Assembly: GCA_965217585.1 (NCBI GenBank)
Contig: OZ244561.1
Location: forward strand, 3,456,001-3,520,000
Source: Candidatus Latescibacterota bacterium
GTDB taxonomy: Bacteria > Latescibacterota > UBA2968 > UBA8231
Length of the DNA stretch: 64,000 nucleotides
Reading direction: 5' to 3'
Shown here: positions 20,190-31,097 of the stretch, one piece after another
Layout: each line of letters opens with the position of its first letter
How positions within the stretch are numbered: the stretch's first letter is position 1
Program-made: the position numbers and the translations under genes
Notes under the pieces: model-generated
Told to the model about the DNA's origin: nothing
What the model saw: the letters and a program-made list of their open reading frames with translations, nothing else
The model's database searches: none

Positions 20190-21272
20190 ATGAAAGCGCT
20201 CGTTGCGCTCGCGGACGGCACCGTCTTTGAGGGCCGTGCCCTTGGCCACGGGGGTGAGTGCCTCGGCGAAATGGTCTTCAATACCAGCATGACCGGCTAT
20301 CAGGAAATTCTCACAGACCCCTCCTATGCCGGCCAGATCGTCACCATGACGTACCCACTCATAGGTAACTACGGGGTCACGCCCGAAGACGACGAGTCGG
20401 CGAAGCCCCAAGTCCGTGGCTTCCTGATGAAAGAGTGCTGCCGCCTACCGAGTAGCTGGCGTGCGCGCCAGAGCTTGCCCGCGTATCTAGAGGAGCACGG
20501 CGTTCTCGGCATCGAGGGCATCGACACCCGCGAGTTGACCCGCAGAGTGCGCATCAAAGGCGTGATGGACGCCGCCATTTCCACCACAGATCTCGACCCG
20601 GACAGCTTAGTCGAAAAGGCGTGTGCTTGGTCCGGGCTCACCGGCGTGGACATGGTCGCCGCCGTTAGCTGCTCTGCGCCCTATGTCGAAAGCCCTGAAG
20701 CCCCGCGCTTCCACGTCGTCGCGCTAGACTACGGAATCAAGCGCAATATCGTCCGCTGCTTGGTCGCCGCGGGATGCAAGGTGACGGTCGTGCCGGCCAA
20801 AACCACGGCCGACGAGGTTTTGGCCTTAGAGCCGGACGGCGTCTTTCTCTCCAACGGACCGGGCGACCCTCGGCCCCTCGACTACGCGATCGCGACCTGT
20901 AAGGACCTCATCGGCAAAAAGCCGATCTTCGGTATCTGCTTGGGCCACGAGATTCTCGGCTTGGCTTTTGGCGCGGAAATTTACCGCCTCAAGTTCGGGC
21001 ACCGTGGGGCCAATCAGCCGATCAAAGAACGCGATAGCGACCGAATCCTGATCACTTCTGAAAACCACGGCTGGGGTATTGCGGCCGACTCATTGCCGAG
21101 CTGTCTCGAAATCACTCGCCGCAACCTCAACGACAACTGCGTCGAGGGTCTGCATCACCGGGAGTTGCCCATTTTTTCTATCCAGTGCCACCCGGAGGCC
21201 TCGCCAGGCCCGCACGACAGCTTCCATCTGTTCAGCTACTTCGCCGAGCTGATGGAAGCGCACGCCTCCTAA
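20190..21272 (+). CDS. carA: Carbamoyl-phosphate synthase small subunit
   Basis: FNTSMTGYQEILTDPSY, SNGPGDP, GICLGH, HPEASPGPHD. Confidence 0.97.
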   Translation: MKALVALADGTVFEGRALGHGGECLGEMVFNTSMTGYQEILTDPSYAGQIVTMTYPLIGNYGVTPEDDESAKPQVRGFLMKECCRLPSSWRARQSLPAYLEEHGVLGIEGIDTRELTRRVRIKGVMDAAISTTDLDPDSLVEKACAWSGLTGVDMVAAVSCSAPYVESPEAPRFHVVALDYGIKRNIVRCLVAAGCKVTVVPAKTTADEVLALEPDGVFLSNGPGDPRPLDYAIATCKDLIGKKPIFGICLGHEILGLAFGAEIYRLKFGHRGANQPIKERDSDRILITSENHGWGIAADSLPSCLEITRRNLNDNCVEGLHHRELPIFSIQCHPEASPGPHDSFHLFSYFAELMEAHAS

Positions 21273-21298
21273 GAAAGCACCCATCCAAAGGACTCCTC

Positions 21299-22345
21299 AT
21301 GCCCGTGGTCCAACACGACATCCTCAACGACCTCTGTTATCGCATTTTTGCCGCTACTGGTATCCCCGCAGATGACGCCCGCATTGTCGCCGACCACGTC
21401 GTCGAAAGCCACCTCCACGGCCACGATTCCCACGGCACTTGGCTAGTCCCCAGCTACGCCCGCGGTATGAAGAACGATTACATCCGCTGGGAAGAGACCC
21501 AAGTCGTGCGCGACACCCCCGTGCTCAGGGTCATCAACGGCAAGGGAGCCAACGGCATCGTCGCCGTCAATCGCGCCCTCGACATTGCCGTCGAAAAAGC
21601 CCAAAACTCCACCTTCGGTTTTGTCGGCCTCAACCACGTCAGCCATATCTGCCGCCTTGGCGACTATCCGCCGCGGATCGCCGAAAGGGGCATGATCGGT
21701 ATGGTTTGGCTCAATGGCGGTGGCCTCTTCCTCGCGCCCTTCGGCTCGGCCGACCGCCGCCTGCGTCCCGAGCCTATTGCCTTTTCCGCCCCGCGCCAAC
21801 ATGGTCCGCCTTTCATGCTCGATATGACCATGACCGTTGTGGCCGGTGGCAAAATCGTGCAGAAGAGCATTCGCCAGGACCCGATGCCCGAGGGTTGGGT
21901 TATAGACCAGGAAGGCCAGCCCGTCACCGACGCCCAGCGCTATTTAGACGACGCCGAGGGCACCGGCGTCTTGCCGTTGGGCGGCCTGCAGTTTGGACAC
22001 AAGGGCAGCGGACTGGCGATGATGGTGGAAATGTTGGTGGGACCGCTCTCGCATGCTGGCTGCACCAAAGAAGGCGGCAGCGGCGGTAACGGGATCATGG
22101 TCTTGGCGATCAATATCGAGGACTTTATCGACTTGGACTCGTACGAGCGCGAGGTCGAAGAGATGGCCAAGTGGGTGTGCTCGGCTCGCCCCTTGCCCGG
22201 GTTTGAGCAAGTCTATGCGCCTGGCGAGCTCGAACAGAAGACTAGGGCACGGCTGCTGGTCGAAGGCATCGATTTGCCCCAACCCACTTGGGATGAAATC
22301 GGCGAAGTGGCGGCGGAGTTGGGCGTGGAGGTGCCCGCGCTATGA
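21299..22345 (+). CDS. Ldh_2 (type-2 malate/L-lactate dehydrogenase) family oxidoreductase
   Basis: GHDSHG, SHICRLG, GHKGSGLAMMVE. Confidence 0.88.
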   Translation: MPVVQHDILNDLCYRIFAATGIPADDARIVADHVVESHLHGHDSHGTWLVPSYARGMKNDYIRWEETQVVRDTPVLRVINGKGANGIVAVNRALDIAVEKAQNSTFGFVGLNHVSHICRLGDYPPRIAERGMIGMVWLNGGGLFLAPFGSADRRLRPEPIAFSAPRQHGPPFMLDMTMTVVAGGKIVQKSIRQDPMPEGWVIDQEGQPVTDAQRYLDDAEGTGVLPLGGLQFGHKGSGLAMMVEMLVGPLSHAGCTKEGGSGGNGIMVLAINIEDFIDLDSYEREVEEMAKWVCSARPLPGFEQVYAPGELEQKTRARLLVEGIDLPQPTWDEIGEVAAELGVEVPAL

Positions 22346-22362
22346 GCTTTAGAAGTTGAAAA

Positions 22363-23613
22363 TTAGAAAAGTTTGAAATTTTCCTCATCCATGCAGCGCG
22401 CTTGGTGCATGAGCACGGCGTTCATCAGCTCGATGGCCAGCCGCGACTCGAGGGTCGCGCCGGCGCGCACGCCCACGCAGGGATCGTGGCGGCCCTTGGC
22501 GAGTTGGAATTCGATTTCTTCGAGGTCCTTGCGCACGGAATCTTGGGGTTGGGCGATGGTGGCCGTGGGCTTGAAACTCAAGCGGCATACCAGCGGCATA
22601 CCCGTGGTCACGCCGCCGAGCAGGCCGCCGTGGCTATTGCTTTGGTACCCGCTCGTGCGGATGGGATCGTTGTGCTCGCTGCCACGGCGCGCAGACGCAG
22701 CGCGGCCCGTGCCTATTTCGCAGGCTTGGACCGCGTGCAGGCCGCCGAGGGTACCCATCAGGCGCAACTTCAGGCTCTGGTACAGCGGTTCGCCGATGAG
22801 GGGAGGCACGTTGACGGCCACTACTTCGAGTGCCGCGCCGATGGAGTCCTGTTCCTTGCGGGTCTGGGTAATCAGCTCGGCTGCTTGGTGAGCGAAATCC
22901 GCATCCACCGCGCGGAGCGGCCCGCGCTCCAGCTCGCCTTCGAGCGCGGCGCACGTTGCGGCAGACAGGGGCTGCCCATCGGCCTCGGCGACTAGCTCGG
23001 CGACTCGTGCCGCTAGGAAGATGCCTGTCTCCAGCGGTCCGACTTGGCAGATCGAAGAGAAAATGGCCGTGCCGAAGTGCTCGGCCAGATAGAGGCGGGC
23101 AATGGTGCCGCCGATGACATCGGAGATGGTCGAGCGATAGCTGGAACGCCCGCCGCCGCGTGCATCGACAAACCCCCGCGATTTGTAGTACTTGACTAGG
23201 TCCGTATGTCCGGGCCGGACGTGGCCCTGCGGCCCGGCGAACTGCTTGTAATCGCCCGAGCGCTTGGCGGCCGAGAGCACGGCTGCGGCGATCGGTTCAC
23301 CCGTAGTGAACCCAGCTTCATAGGTATTCACCGACGTCTCGTCCTCGCCTAGGTGCAAGTGCAACGCTGGGCCGGATAGGAGCTGGTCGTGATCTTCTGA
23401 GTAGAGGCCAGACAGCAGGGCGACTTGGTCGTCTTCCCGCCGGGGGGTCCCCAACTTGTTGCCGCCGGGGCGTCGTCGGTCGAGATAGTGCTGGATCTGG
23501 GCGCGCTCCACCCACAGACCGGGGGGACAGCCAAAGACCGTTGTGACAATCGCCGGTCCATGCGATTCTCCTGCTCCGGCAACGCCAAAAAGCGGACCGC
23601 CGAGTACTTCCAT
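22363..23613 (-). CDS. aroC: Chorismate synthase (divergent)
   Basis: GESHG, RRRPG, RPGHTD, GGGRSS, FKPT, GRHDPCV. Confidence 0.85.
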   Translation of the reverse strand: MEVLGGPLFGVAGAGESHGPAIVTTVFGCPPGLWVERAQIQHYLDRRRPGGNKLGTPRREDDQVALLSGLYSEDHDQLLSGPALHLHLGEDETSVNTYEAGFTTGEPIAAAVLSAAKRSGDYKQFAGPQGHVRPGHTDLVKYYKSRGFVDARGGGRSSYRSTISDVIGGTIARLYLAEHFGTAIFSSICQVGPLETGIFLAARVAELVAEADGQPLSAATCAALEGELERGPLRAVDADFAHQAAELITQTRKEQDSIGAALEVVAVNVPPLIGEPLYQSLKLRLMGTLGGLHAVQACEIGTGRAASARRGSEHNDPIRTSGYQSNSHGGLLGGVTTGMPLVCRLSFKPTATIAQPQDSVRKDLEEIEFQLAKGRHDPCVGVRAGATLESRLAIELMNAVLMHQARCMDEENFKLF

Positions 23614-23748
23614 GCCAAAAGCTCCTTTACCAAAGAGTGTAAAAATCTACGGCTTTGCCCCTTGGTCGGCAATCGGCGCGTTGCGGATTGTGGACTGGAC
23701 ATCAGAGGCGATTTTTTTACTATTTTTAATAAGGGAGGGAGGCGATCA

Positions 23749-25212
23749 ATGACAATCAAAGAGTTGGAGCACGGCGTTCCGAACAGCCGATACAAGAAGC
23801 TCGAAGCCGAGCTGTGCGCGGAACTGATCGCGGCTCAAGAGCGGTTGCAGCAAGCAAGCTTTCCAACTCTCATCGTCTTGGGTGGTTGCGCCGGCACTGG
23901 TACGAGCGAGACGAGCAACGTGTTCAGGTGGTGGATGGACTCGCACCGCATCGCGGCCTGTGCCTTTGAGCCGCCATCCGCAGAAGAGCGCGAGCGCCCG
24001 GAATACTGGCGCTATTGGCTCTCCCTGCCGCCGAAGGGAACAATCGGCATCTACTTGAACGGCTGGTACGACCGCCCGCTGCGCGACCTAGCTCATGGGC
24101 GTAGCGATGAGGCGGCCTTTGGCCGCGACGGCGACCGCATCGCTGCCTTTGAAAATGCGCTCGTTGTCGATGGTGCGCTGTTAATCAAGTTGTGGATTCA
24201 CTTGGACAAAGAGACGCGGCAGAAACGCATTGCGGACTCGGAGCGGAACCCGCTGACCCGCTGGCGGGTGAACGCGGATGCCAAAGAGGGCTTGAAGTAC
24301 TACGACGAATTCAAACGGGCCGCCGACCGCTTATTGCACAAGACCAATGTCAGCGGCGCTCCTTGGCAGGTCGTCGAAGGCAGCGACCCTCACTACATGT
24401 TGGTGGTGGGCCGCGCCGTGCGCGACGCCATCCGCCAGCGCTTGGCCCAAAAGAGCCGCCCCAAGATCGTTGGCTCGGACTGGCTGCCCGCGCCCAAGGT
24501 GCTGACCCAGTTGGACATGGAAAAGCGGGTGCCCAAGAAGGAATACCAAGCCCTGCTAGAGCGCTACCAAGGACGGCTCTATCGCTTAACTCAGCAGGCT
24601 CGCCGCAAAGGCGTCTCTACCGTCTTGGTTTTCGAAGGGGCCGATGCAGCGGGCAAGGGCGGAGTCATCCAGCGCCTGACTGCCGCCCTCGACGCCTGTA
24701 TCTATCAGATCATCCAAGTCGCTGCCCCCACGGATGAGGAGCACGCCCAACACTACCTCTGGCGCTTTTGGCGTCACCTGCCGCGCGCAGGTCGGGTGGC
24801 GATTTTCGACCGCAGTTGGTATGGCCGGGTGCTAGTCGAGCGCGTCGAGGGCTTTGCCGACGAAGCGGCTTGGAAGCGGGCGTACGGCGAAATCAACGAT
24901 TTTGAGGCGCAGCTAATAGACCACGGCATGGTGGTGGCCAAATACTGGCTTCACATAGACCAGGACGAGCAGCTCCGGCGCTTCAAATCGCGTCAAGCGA
25001 CTCCGCACAAGCGCTGGAAGATCACCGACGAAGACTGGCGCAACCGAGAGAAATGGGACGATTACGAGGCCGCTGTCGATGACATGGTAGCTCGCACCCA
25101 CATCCCCGCCGCTCCTTGGACCTTGGTGGAAGGCAACGACAAACGCTTCGCCCGCCTCAAGGTCATCGAGACGCTTTGCCAGCAGCTAGAGCAGGCGCTC
25201 GCTAGTGGTTAG
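23749..25212 (+). CDS. pap: Polyphosphate:AMP phosphotransferase (two-domain PPK2)
   Basis: Two PPK2 domains; C-domain EGADAAGKGG, FDRSWYGRVLVERV; GGAGG RBS before MTIKEL. Confidence 0.9.
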   Translation: MTIKELEHGVPNSRYKKLEAELCAELIAAQERLQQASFPTLIVLGGCAGTGTSETSNVFRWWMDSHRIAACAFEPPSAEERERPEYWRYWLSLPPKGTIGIYLNGWYDRPLRDLAHGRSDEAAFGRDGDRIAAFENALVVDGALLIKLWIHLDKETRQKRIADSERNPLTRWRVNADAKEGLKYYDEFKRAADRLLHKTNVSGAPWQVVEGSDPHYMLVVGRAVRDAIRQRLAQKSRPKIVGSDWLPAPKVLTQLDMEKRVPKKEYQALLERYQGRLYRLTQQARRKGVSTVLVFEGADAAGKGGVIQRLTAALDACIYQIIQVAAPTDEEHAQHYLWRFWRHLPRAGRVAIFDRSWYGRVLVERVEGFADEAAWKRAYGEINDFEAQLIDHGMVVAKYWLHIDQDEQLRRFKSRQATPHKRWKITDEDWRNREKWDDYEAAVDDMVARTHIPAAPWTLVEGNDKRFARLKVIETLCQQLEQALASG

Positions 25213-25213
25213 T

Positions 25214-27568
25214 TTACTTCTCCTGCATCCGCACCGGCGACGCCGCTAGCCCGTCGGTCTTTATCACCTCGCCGCTTTTGTCAACCTGACCAAATTCCAG
25301 CACGCCCGTCGGACAAGACTGCACGCACGCGCTACAGCGCACGCACTCCGGATCGGCCATCGGCAGGCCCTTGTTGGCGAAGTTCATAACGTCGATGCCT
25401 TGATGGCACACCGAGGTGCAGACATTGCAGGAGATGCATTTTTTCTTGTCGGCGAGGATGCGGAAGCGGCTGAAGCGCGCATAGATGTGCATCAGGGCCG
25501 CCAGCGGGCAGGCGAAGCGGCACCACACCCGGCCGCTGAACCAGAAATAGGCACCGTAGCCCACTACGCCCGCCAGCATCAGATCAATGGCCCATTTGTA
25601 GTTGATCTGGATGCCTAAGACCTGCCAGCCGTAGAGCATGCCCTCGTACAGCCCGCGCACCCATTGACCCAAGCTCGTGTCCGGCCACACCCAGCTCGCG
25701 ATCCTCCCTAGGAGCATCACCACGCACAGGAAGAGGATCACTTGGCCGATGATGTTCATCTTGTTCCAGAAGGCCCCGTGCGGCATCTTGTGCCGCTGCG
25801 TGTCGCCCAAGGTCTCGGCGAGTGCACCGCAGGAACAGATCCAGCCGCAATAGGCTCCCTTGCCCCAGAAGTAGATGAGCAGCGGGATCGCCACAAACGT
25901 CTGTACCGCGCCGATGACTAGCCACCACCACAGCGGCTCGCCGCTGAAGACGTTCCACACAAAGAGCGGCCAAGCCAGCACCAGCCCAAAAGCTCGCCAG
26001 TACTCGCGCCCGTGGTCGTAATTGACCACCGGGAAGAGTCCGTCGGCCACCGTCTTGGCCCAACCCGAATCGAAAAACCCGTTGTGCCCCAAATAGGGGA
26101 GGACGATGTACGGCAGGAGAAAGAGCGGAACGACCTGCACCGCCCCTAGCGAAAAGGTCTGCCACTTGACGTAAGGGGTGCGCCGCTGCGCGATGCGCCG
26201 ATAGCCGAAGACGACGATCAAGAGCGTATAGAGTACGCTGTACCAGAAACCGGGTTTGCCGAGGTTGAAGGTCAGAATGCCCAAGAGCGTTGACAGGTCC
26301 GCCGCCTGAGCCGAGAGGCCGTGCATCCACGCAGACAAGTTGAAGGGGAAGAGTTGTCCGTCCTTGAAGACCTTGGTCAGCGCGCCGCCGGCCTTCCAGT
26401 TATAGACGAAAAAGCAAAAGGCCATGAAGAGTCCAAAGCCCCACCACTGCTTGCTCTTCATTTCGCCGCTTATTTCGACGCCTGAACGGCGAAAAAAATC
26501 GAGCGGTGCCTCGCGCCCAATCATGGAAAACACCGCGTCGTTGGGCAGGCTCTGTTCCTCGCCCTCGGCGTCTTTGAGCGCGACGCGCTCCTCCTCAATG
26601 CCCAGCACTTGGCTGGCCATCAGTAGGCGGATCGAGCCGGCTTTGCGGCCCTCCTCCATGAAGTGGCCGCTGCTGGTTGTCACCCGCTCCGAGGATGGCG
26701 TATCCACGGCCACATCGGCCAGCGGATCGGCTGCCAACTTTTCTAACTTCTCGACGTTGTCCGGCTTGGGCCGCGAGAATTCGGGCTTGCGATACGAGAT
26801 GGTCACTCGCCCGCCGCACTGGGCAATGGCGATGGCTGTCTCCAAGGCGCTGTCGCCGCCGCCGACCACCAGCACGTCCTTGTCGCAGAAGTCAACCGGA
26901 TCGTGCAGGCGGTTGAACACTTTGTCCGTATCCTCGCCCGGCACCCCCAGCTTGCGAAAGTTGCCCGAGCGCCCGATGCCTACTACTACTCGGCGAGCCT
27001 TGAGATTCTCCTGCCCCGGGATATCCAATTCAAAGTGGTCTCCCCGCCGTGTGACCCGTTCGACGCGCCCCCTAGTTGGTTCGATGCCCTGGGCGAGCGT
27101 CTGCTCGTGCAACTCCTCGATCAGCGGTTCCTTGACCTCGGCCGCAAAGCGAATCTGCCCAGCCGGCTCCATCTCGGTGGGGTAGGTGTAAATCGGCTTC
27201 CCCTTAGGGAAGTTGACCAAGGTCGAAAACGGCTCGGTCGCCTCCAAAAGCGCGAACGACAACCCGGCCTCTCGCGCCTCTAGGGCCGCCGACATCCCCG
27301 AAACCCCGGCTCCGACGATCGCCAAGTCCAAGACCTCTTCCCCTCCCTTGTGGCGCTGGAAATCCTCGTCCGCCAGTATGTGCTGCACGGCCCGCGCACC
27401 CGTATCGGCTGAGAACTTCAACAGCGGAATCCCGGTCAAGTCGCCGACGATGTACAGCCCGGGGACATTGCTCTGCCCGTGCTCATCCACCCGCGGCAAC
27501 TTCTCCACCACCCCGGCCGGCCACCGCAGGTGCAACCAGTGCAGATAGCGACTGAGAAAATTGCTCAT
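25214..27568 (-). CDS. TrxR-like FAD/NAD(P) oxidoreductase fused to a membrane polyferredoxin (NapH/RdxA-like)
   Basis: GAGVSG, VGGGDSA, several TM helices, CGWIC, CRFACP, two CxxCxxCxxxC motifs. Confidence 0.85.
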   Translation of the reverse strand: MSNFLSRYLHWLHLRWPAGVVEKLPRVDEHGQSNVPGLYIVGDLTGIPLLKFSADTGARAVQHILADEDFQRHKGGEEVLDLAIVGAGVSGMSAALEAREAGLSFALLEATEPFSTLVNFPKGKPIYTYPTEMEPAGQIRFAAEVKEPLIEELHEQTLAQGIEPTRGRVERVTRRGDHFELDIPGQENLKARRVVVGIGRSGNFRKLGVPGEDTDKVFNRLHDPVDFCDKDVLVVGGGDSALETAIAIAQCGGRVTISYRKPEFSRPKPDNVEKLEKLAADPLADVAVDTPSSERVTTSSGHFMEEGRKAGSIRLLMASQVLGIEEERVALKDAEGEEQSLPNDAVFSMIGREAPLDFFRRSGVEISGEMKSKQWWGFGLFMAFCFFVYNWKAGGALTKVFKDGQLFPFNLSAWMHGLSAQAADLSTLLGILTFNLGKPGFWYSVLYTLLIVVFGYRRIAQRRTPYVKWQTFSLGAVQVVPLFLLPYIVLPYLGHNGFFDSGWAKTVADGLFPVVNYDHGREYWRAFGLVLAWPLFVWNVFSGEPLWWWLVIGAVQTFVAIPLLIYFWGKGAYCGWICSCGALAETLGDTQRHKMPHGAFWNKMNIIGQVILFLCVVMLLGRIASWVWPDTSLGQWVRGLYEGMLYGWQVLGIQINYKWAIDLMLAGVVGYGAYFWFSGRVWCRFACPLAALMHIYARFSRFRILADKKKCISCNVCTSVCHQGIDVMNFANKGLPMADPECVRCSACVQSCPTGVLEFGQVDKSGEVIKTDGLAASPVRMQEK

Positions 27569-27600
27569 GTCATCTCTCCCTAAGTTTGGTTGTGCTCTGG

Positions 27601-29046
27601 TCAGCGCACCAAAGCCATGCTCCGCGCTTGGACAAAGCCGGCCGCTGGTACTTCCAACCGGTATAAGTACGCGCCACTGGCCACCTGCTGCCCGGCGTCG
27701 TCGCGCCCGTCCCAGGGCTGCAAGTATAGCCCAGCCGCTTGGTGTTCGTCCACTAGTGAGCGCACCCGCTGCCCAGCCGCGTTGAACACGCTGAGCCGCA
27801 CTGGCCCGGCCGCCGGCAGCTCGTACTGGATTAGTGTCTGAGCGTTGAACGGGTTGGGGAAATTTTGCCGCAGGGCAAAGCCCGCAGGCCCGGCGTCAAA
27901 GGCTTCGACGACCGTTGTGACTTGCTCGATATCCTCTGGGCTGAGAATCCCCTCGCCCGGCTGCCAGACCTCAGTATCGGGCCAGTAGGCGGTCCAGGCA
28001 AACCACATGGCGTTATAGGTGGGGACTTGCGCTAACCGCCGCCCCGCGAGCGGCCCTGCGACGGCTTCTCCGAGCATGTTCCAGCGCGAACCCGTTTCCG
28101 CATCCATGAATTCCACCGGCAGCGGCCCCTCGGACTCCACTCCGTAAAAGCTCAAGGGCTCGTCGTCGAGTTGGCTGAAATAGGCCAAGGCCGTGCGCGA
28201 CGCGGCGTCGAATAGGATGACTACGAGGTCGTCACCGACGAGATCGTTGATTACCGCCCCGTCGGGCATCAGCGCGAAGGGGTAGGCTTTGATCTGGTCG
28301 CCACGGCACAACCCCAATACGAGGTCCTTGGTTTCAAAGCGGTGGTCGAATGCGCCGCTGTTGGTCGTGGGTCGGAAGATCAAGTCGTCGTGGTTAGTGC
28401 GGTAGTTGCCGTAGGGATAGAAGGTATATTGATCTTCATTGTAAGCTGGTCTCGAGTTATAATGCTCCCAGCCCGTGGTGGCTTGTACCACGGTAGTGCT
28501 TGGGTACATACGCTGCCACAGTGCCCAAGTCGTCTCTATCACGGGCATCAGCTCTAGGCGGTCGCCGGCCCGAGTGCCGTTAATGGCCGTGTAAATCATC
28601 TGCGGGTAGAGCGTTTCGCCGTCGCGCCGGTCGTACATGACCAAGTTGCTGTTGATCAGCAGACCGGAGACTCCGAACTCGATTTGCGAGCCATCGCTAT
28701 CGGTGGCGTTGAAGACTTGGCCGGTACCTGTAAGCGGACACAAAGACACTACGACCGACTGATCGCCAACGCGATCATTGATGATCTCGTTCCACCAGCC
28801 GATGTTGTGCGGATAGGCCCGTGGTTCGCCGTTGATAACCAGCCCCATGACCACGTCGTCTTCCGCTAGGTAGCCAATTTCGTCCGGTGCCACGAAGGTG
28901 GGATTGGTTAGGGCCGGAATGCCGTCTTTGGGCACCCCACCAGAGACGAGGTGGCTAGTGAGAAAGCCCGGCTCGTCGTAGCGGCCAGCTTCAGCCGGAT
29001 AGATCGCCACCAGCAGCAGCAAAGCGGACAGATAGCCATGTCGCAT
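27601..29046 (-). CDS. Secreted DUF3179 protein with C-terminal FlgD-Ig-like domain
   Basis: Signal peptide, SGGVPKDGIPAL, CPLTG, GVSGLL.NSNLVMYDR, WFAW; C-terminal QNFPNPFN..WDGRD. Confidence 0.85.
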   Translation of the reverse strand: MRHGYLSALLLLVAIYPAEAGRYDEPGFLTSHLVSGGVPKDGIPALTNPTFVAPDEIGYLAEDDVVMGLVINGEPRAYPHNIGWWNEIINDRVGDQSVVVSLCPLTGTGQVFNATDSDGSQIEFGVSGLLINSNLVMYDRRDGETLYPQMIYTAINGTRAGDRLELMPVIETTWALWQRMYPSTTVVQATTGWEHYNSRPAYNEDQYTFYPYGNYRTNHDDLIFRPTTNSGAFDHRFETKDLVLGLCRGDQIKAYPFALMPDGAVINDLVGDDLVVILFDAASRTALAYFSQLDDEPLSFYGVESEGPLPVEFMDAETGSRWNMLGEAVAGPLAGRRLAQVPTYNAMWFAWTAYWPDTEVWQPGEGILSPEDIEQVTTVVEAFDAGPAGFALRQNFPNPFNAQTLIQYELPAAGPVRLSVFNAAGQRVRSLVDEHQAAGLYLQPWDGRDDAGQQVASGAYLYRLEVPAAGFVQARSMALVR

Positions 29047-29069
29047 CAGATGCTCCTTTCGCTCAGCTT

Positions 29070-31097
29070 CTACGAGCCAGCGCGTTGATGTTCGCGCGGT
29101 TTTCTTCCATACCGCTCCCGCAAGACTCGCCGCATCACCTTGTTCGACGCAGTCCGCGGCAGCGATTCCACCACTACTACCTCGTGAATCTTGAAGAGCG
29201 GATTGAGTTCCCGGCGGATCGTTTGTTGCATCGCTTCTTGCAAGCGGTCGCCGGCGTCCTCTAGCACAGCGAAGACCACCAGCAGACTCGGTCCACCCCC
29301 CGGCGGCGGCGCTGCAATCGCCGCGGTCTCGACCACGCCCGGCATCGCGTTCAAGACTCGCTCGATCTCCGCGGAACTCACCTTGATCCCGCCTAGGTTC
29401 ATCGCGTCGTCGGCACGGCCATGGACCCGGTAGATGCCCGGGGCCAGCCGCTCAACTTGGTCGCCGTGGCGGCGCAGTGGCACCCCGTCCCGCTTGGGCA
29501 CGCCCGCATAATACACTTCGCGGTGGTCGCGGTTGAGCACCCGAGTTGACATTCCAATGGCGGGCGGCACCAGAAAAACCTCGCCGCTTGCGCACTCCTG
29601 CCCGTCTTCGTCTAAAATTGCCAAGTCCGTCCCCAGCGTCGCCGAGTTAAAGGTTGCGGGTGCGACCGGCTCGACTAGCGTGCTGAGCAAGTAGCCACCC
29701 GCCAGCTCGGTGCCGCCACAGTATTCGAGTATTGGCCGATACCCCGCCAGTGCCATCAGATAGTGCATGTCCTCGGCGTTGGAGCACTCCCCCGTGGCAC
29801 TAAAAGCCCGAATTGCCGAAAAGTCGATTCCCTCCATGCAGCCCGTGCTGCGCCAAGTCCGCACCATGCTTGGGATGACGCCGAGCATGGTAATGCCAGC
29901 CGCCTGCACAAACTCCCCAAAGCCCCGTTCCGTCGGCGCGCCATAGTAGAGCGCCATGGTCGCCCGGTTCAAAAAGGCGGCGTAGATCAGCCACGGCCCC
30001 ATCATCCAGCCCAAATTGGTTGGCCAAGCGACCACGTCGCCCGGGTGGACATCTTGGTGATAGTGCGCGTCTGCGCCGCACTTGATCGGATTGACATGGG
30101 TCCAAGGCAGGGCCTTGGGGTCGCCGGTAGTCCCCGATGAAAACAGGACATTAGTTGTCTCGTCGGGGTCACAGGTCACGGCCGCGGGCATAGCGTCGGC
30201 CGACAAGAATTCGTCCCAGCGCAGATCCCCGGGGCGCAATGTCTCCGTCAACCCTTCCACACGCCCCGGCAACGCGATCGCCAACGGGGCCTCTGCGGCG
30301 ACCAAGCGCGAGTACAGCGGCAACTCGCGCCCACCGCGCAAAATCACGTCCTGCGTAAAAACGGCCTTGGCCTCCCCAATCCGCAGCCGGGCGGCGATCT
30401 GGGGGGCGGCGAAGCTGTCGGCAATGGCGACCACCGCGCAACCGGCCTTGATGATCCCCAGATAGATCGCCACCGACTCGGCCGTCATCGGCATGGCCAC
30501 GGCAATCCGGTCGCCGGGACCAAATCCCAACGCGCACAACCCGCCGGCGACCCGGTCGCACAGAGCTTCTAGGGTACCGAAACTCATCCGCTCAAGTCGA
30601 CCACCCTCGCGCTGGAAAACAATGGCCGTCTGATCGGCGGGGGCTTGGAAGCAGTTCTCGGCGATGTTCATCTCGGCCCCGACAAACCACTTGGGCGCTT
30701 CGATTCCTTTGGAGAGGTCGAGCAGCCGCGTGTATGGCTTGCGAAAGCGGATTCCCAAGCGGGCGACCGTCCGCTCCCAAAACGCCTCTCGTTCTGCAAT
30801 CGACCACGCAAAAAGCGCGGTGTGCGAATCCAGACCGAGTTCGCGCCGCAGCGCCGTTATATGCGCGTGCTCAACATCTGCTGGCTCGGGGAAAAACACC
30901 GGGCCACCCGCGTTGCCGTAGATTTTTCGATAGAGCAACTGGTGCAGCGCGAAGGGATGATCCGGCCTCAGAATGCAGCGGGCCGCCTCCCGCCAGCGCA
31001 CTTCCGGCGTGCCAGAGAGGGCTTCGACTTGGGCGAGGAGCTTGGCAGCCTCTAGCTCGCCTACCTCGCAGCCGATGATGTCTGCGCGTTGGATCAT
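29070..31097 (-). CDS. AMP-dependent acyl-CoA synthetase (acetate--CoA ligase-like)
   Basis: [28 protein letters not shown]. Confidence 0.88.
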   Translation of the reverse strand: MIQRADIIGCEVGELEAAKLLAQVEALSGTPEVRWREAARCILRPDHPFALHQLLYRKIYGNAGGPVFFPEPADVEHAHITALRRELGLDSHTALFAWSIAEREAFWERTVARLGIRFRKPYTRLLDLSKGIEAPKWFVGAEMNIAENCFQAPADQTAIVFQREGGRLERMSFGTLEALCDRVAGGLCALGFGPGDRIAVAMPMTAESVAIYLGIIKAGCAVVAIADSFAAPQIAARLRIGEAKAVFTQDVILRGGRELPLYSRLVAAEAPLAIALPGRVEGLTETLRPGDLRWDEFLSADAMPAAVTCDPDETTNVLFSSGTTGDPKALPWTHVNPIKCGADAHYHQDVHPGDVVAWPTNLGWMMGPWLIYAAFLNRATMALYYGAPTERGFGEFVQAAGITMLGVIPSMVRTWRSTGCMEGIDFSAIRAFSATGECSNAEDMHYLMALAGYRPILEYCGGTELAGGYLLSTLVEPVAPATFNSATLGTDLAILDEDGQECASGEVFLVPPAIGMSTRVLNRDHREVYYAGVPKRDGVPLRRHGDQVERLAPGIYRVHGRADDAMNLGGIKVSSAEIERVLNAMPGVVETAAIAAPPPGGGPSLLVVFAVLEDAGDRLQEAMQQTIRRELNPLFKIHEVVVVESLPRTASNKVMRRVLRERYGRKPREHQRAGS

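Noticed and set aside
23425-23748. N-terminal extension of PPK2
   Set aside because: It overlaps aroC; a strong RBS precedes 23749
23749-24450. Degenerate Walker A (GCAGTGT) in the first PPK2 domain as a novelty or pseudogene
   Set aside because: An inactive N-terminal domain is known for two-domain PAP enzymes
27601-29046. Selenoprotein
   Set aside because: No in-frame TGA in this ORF
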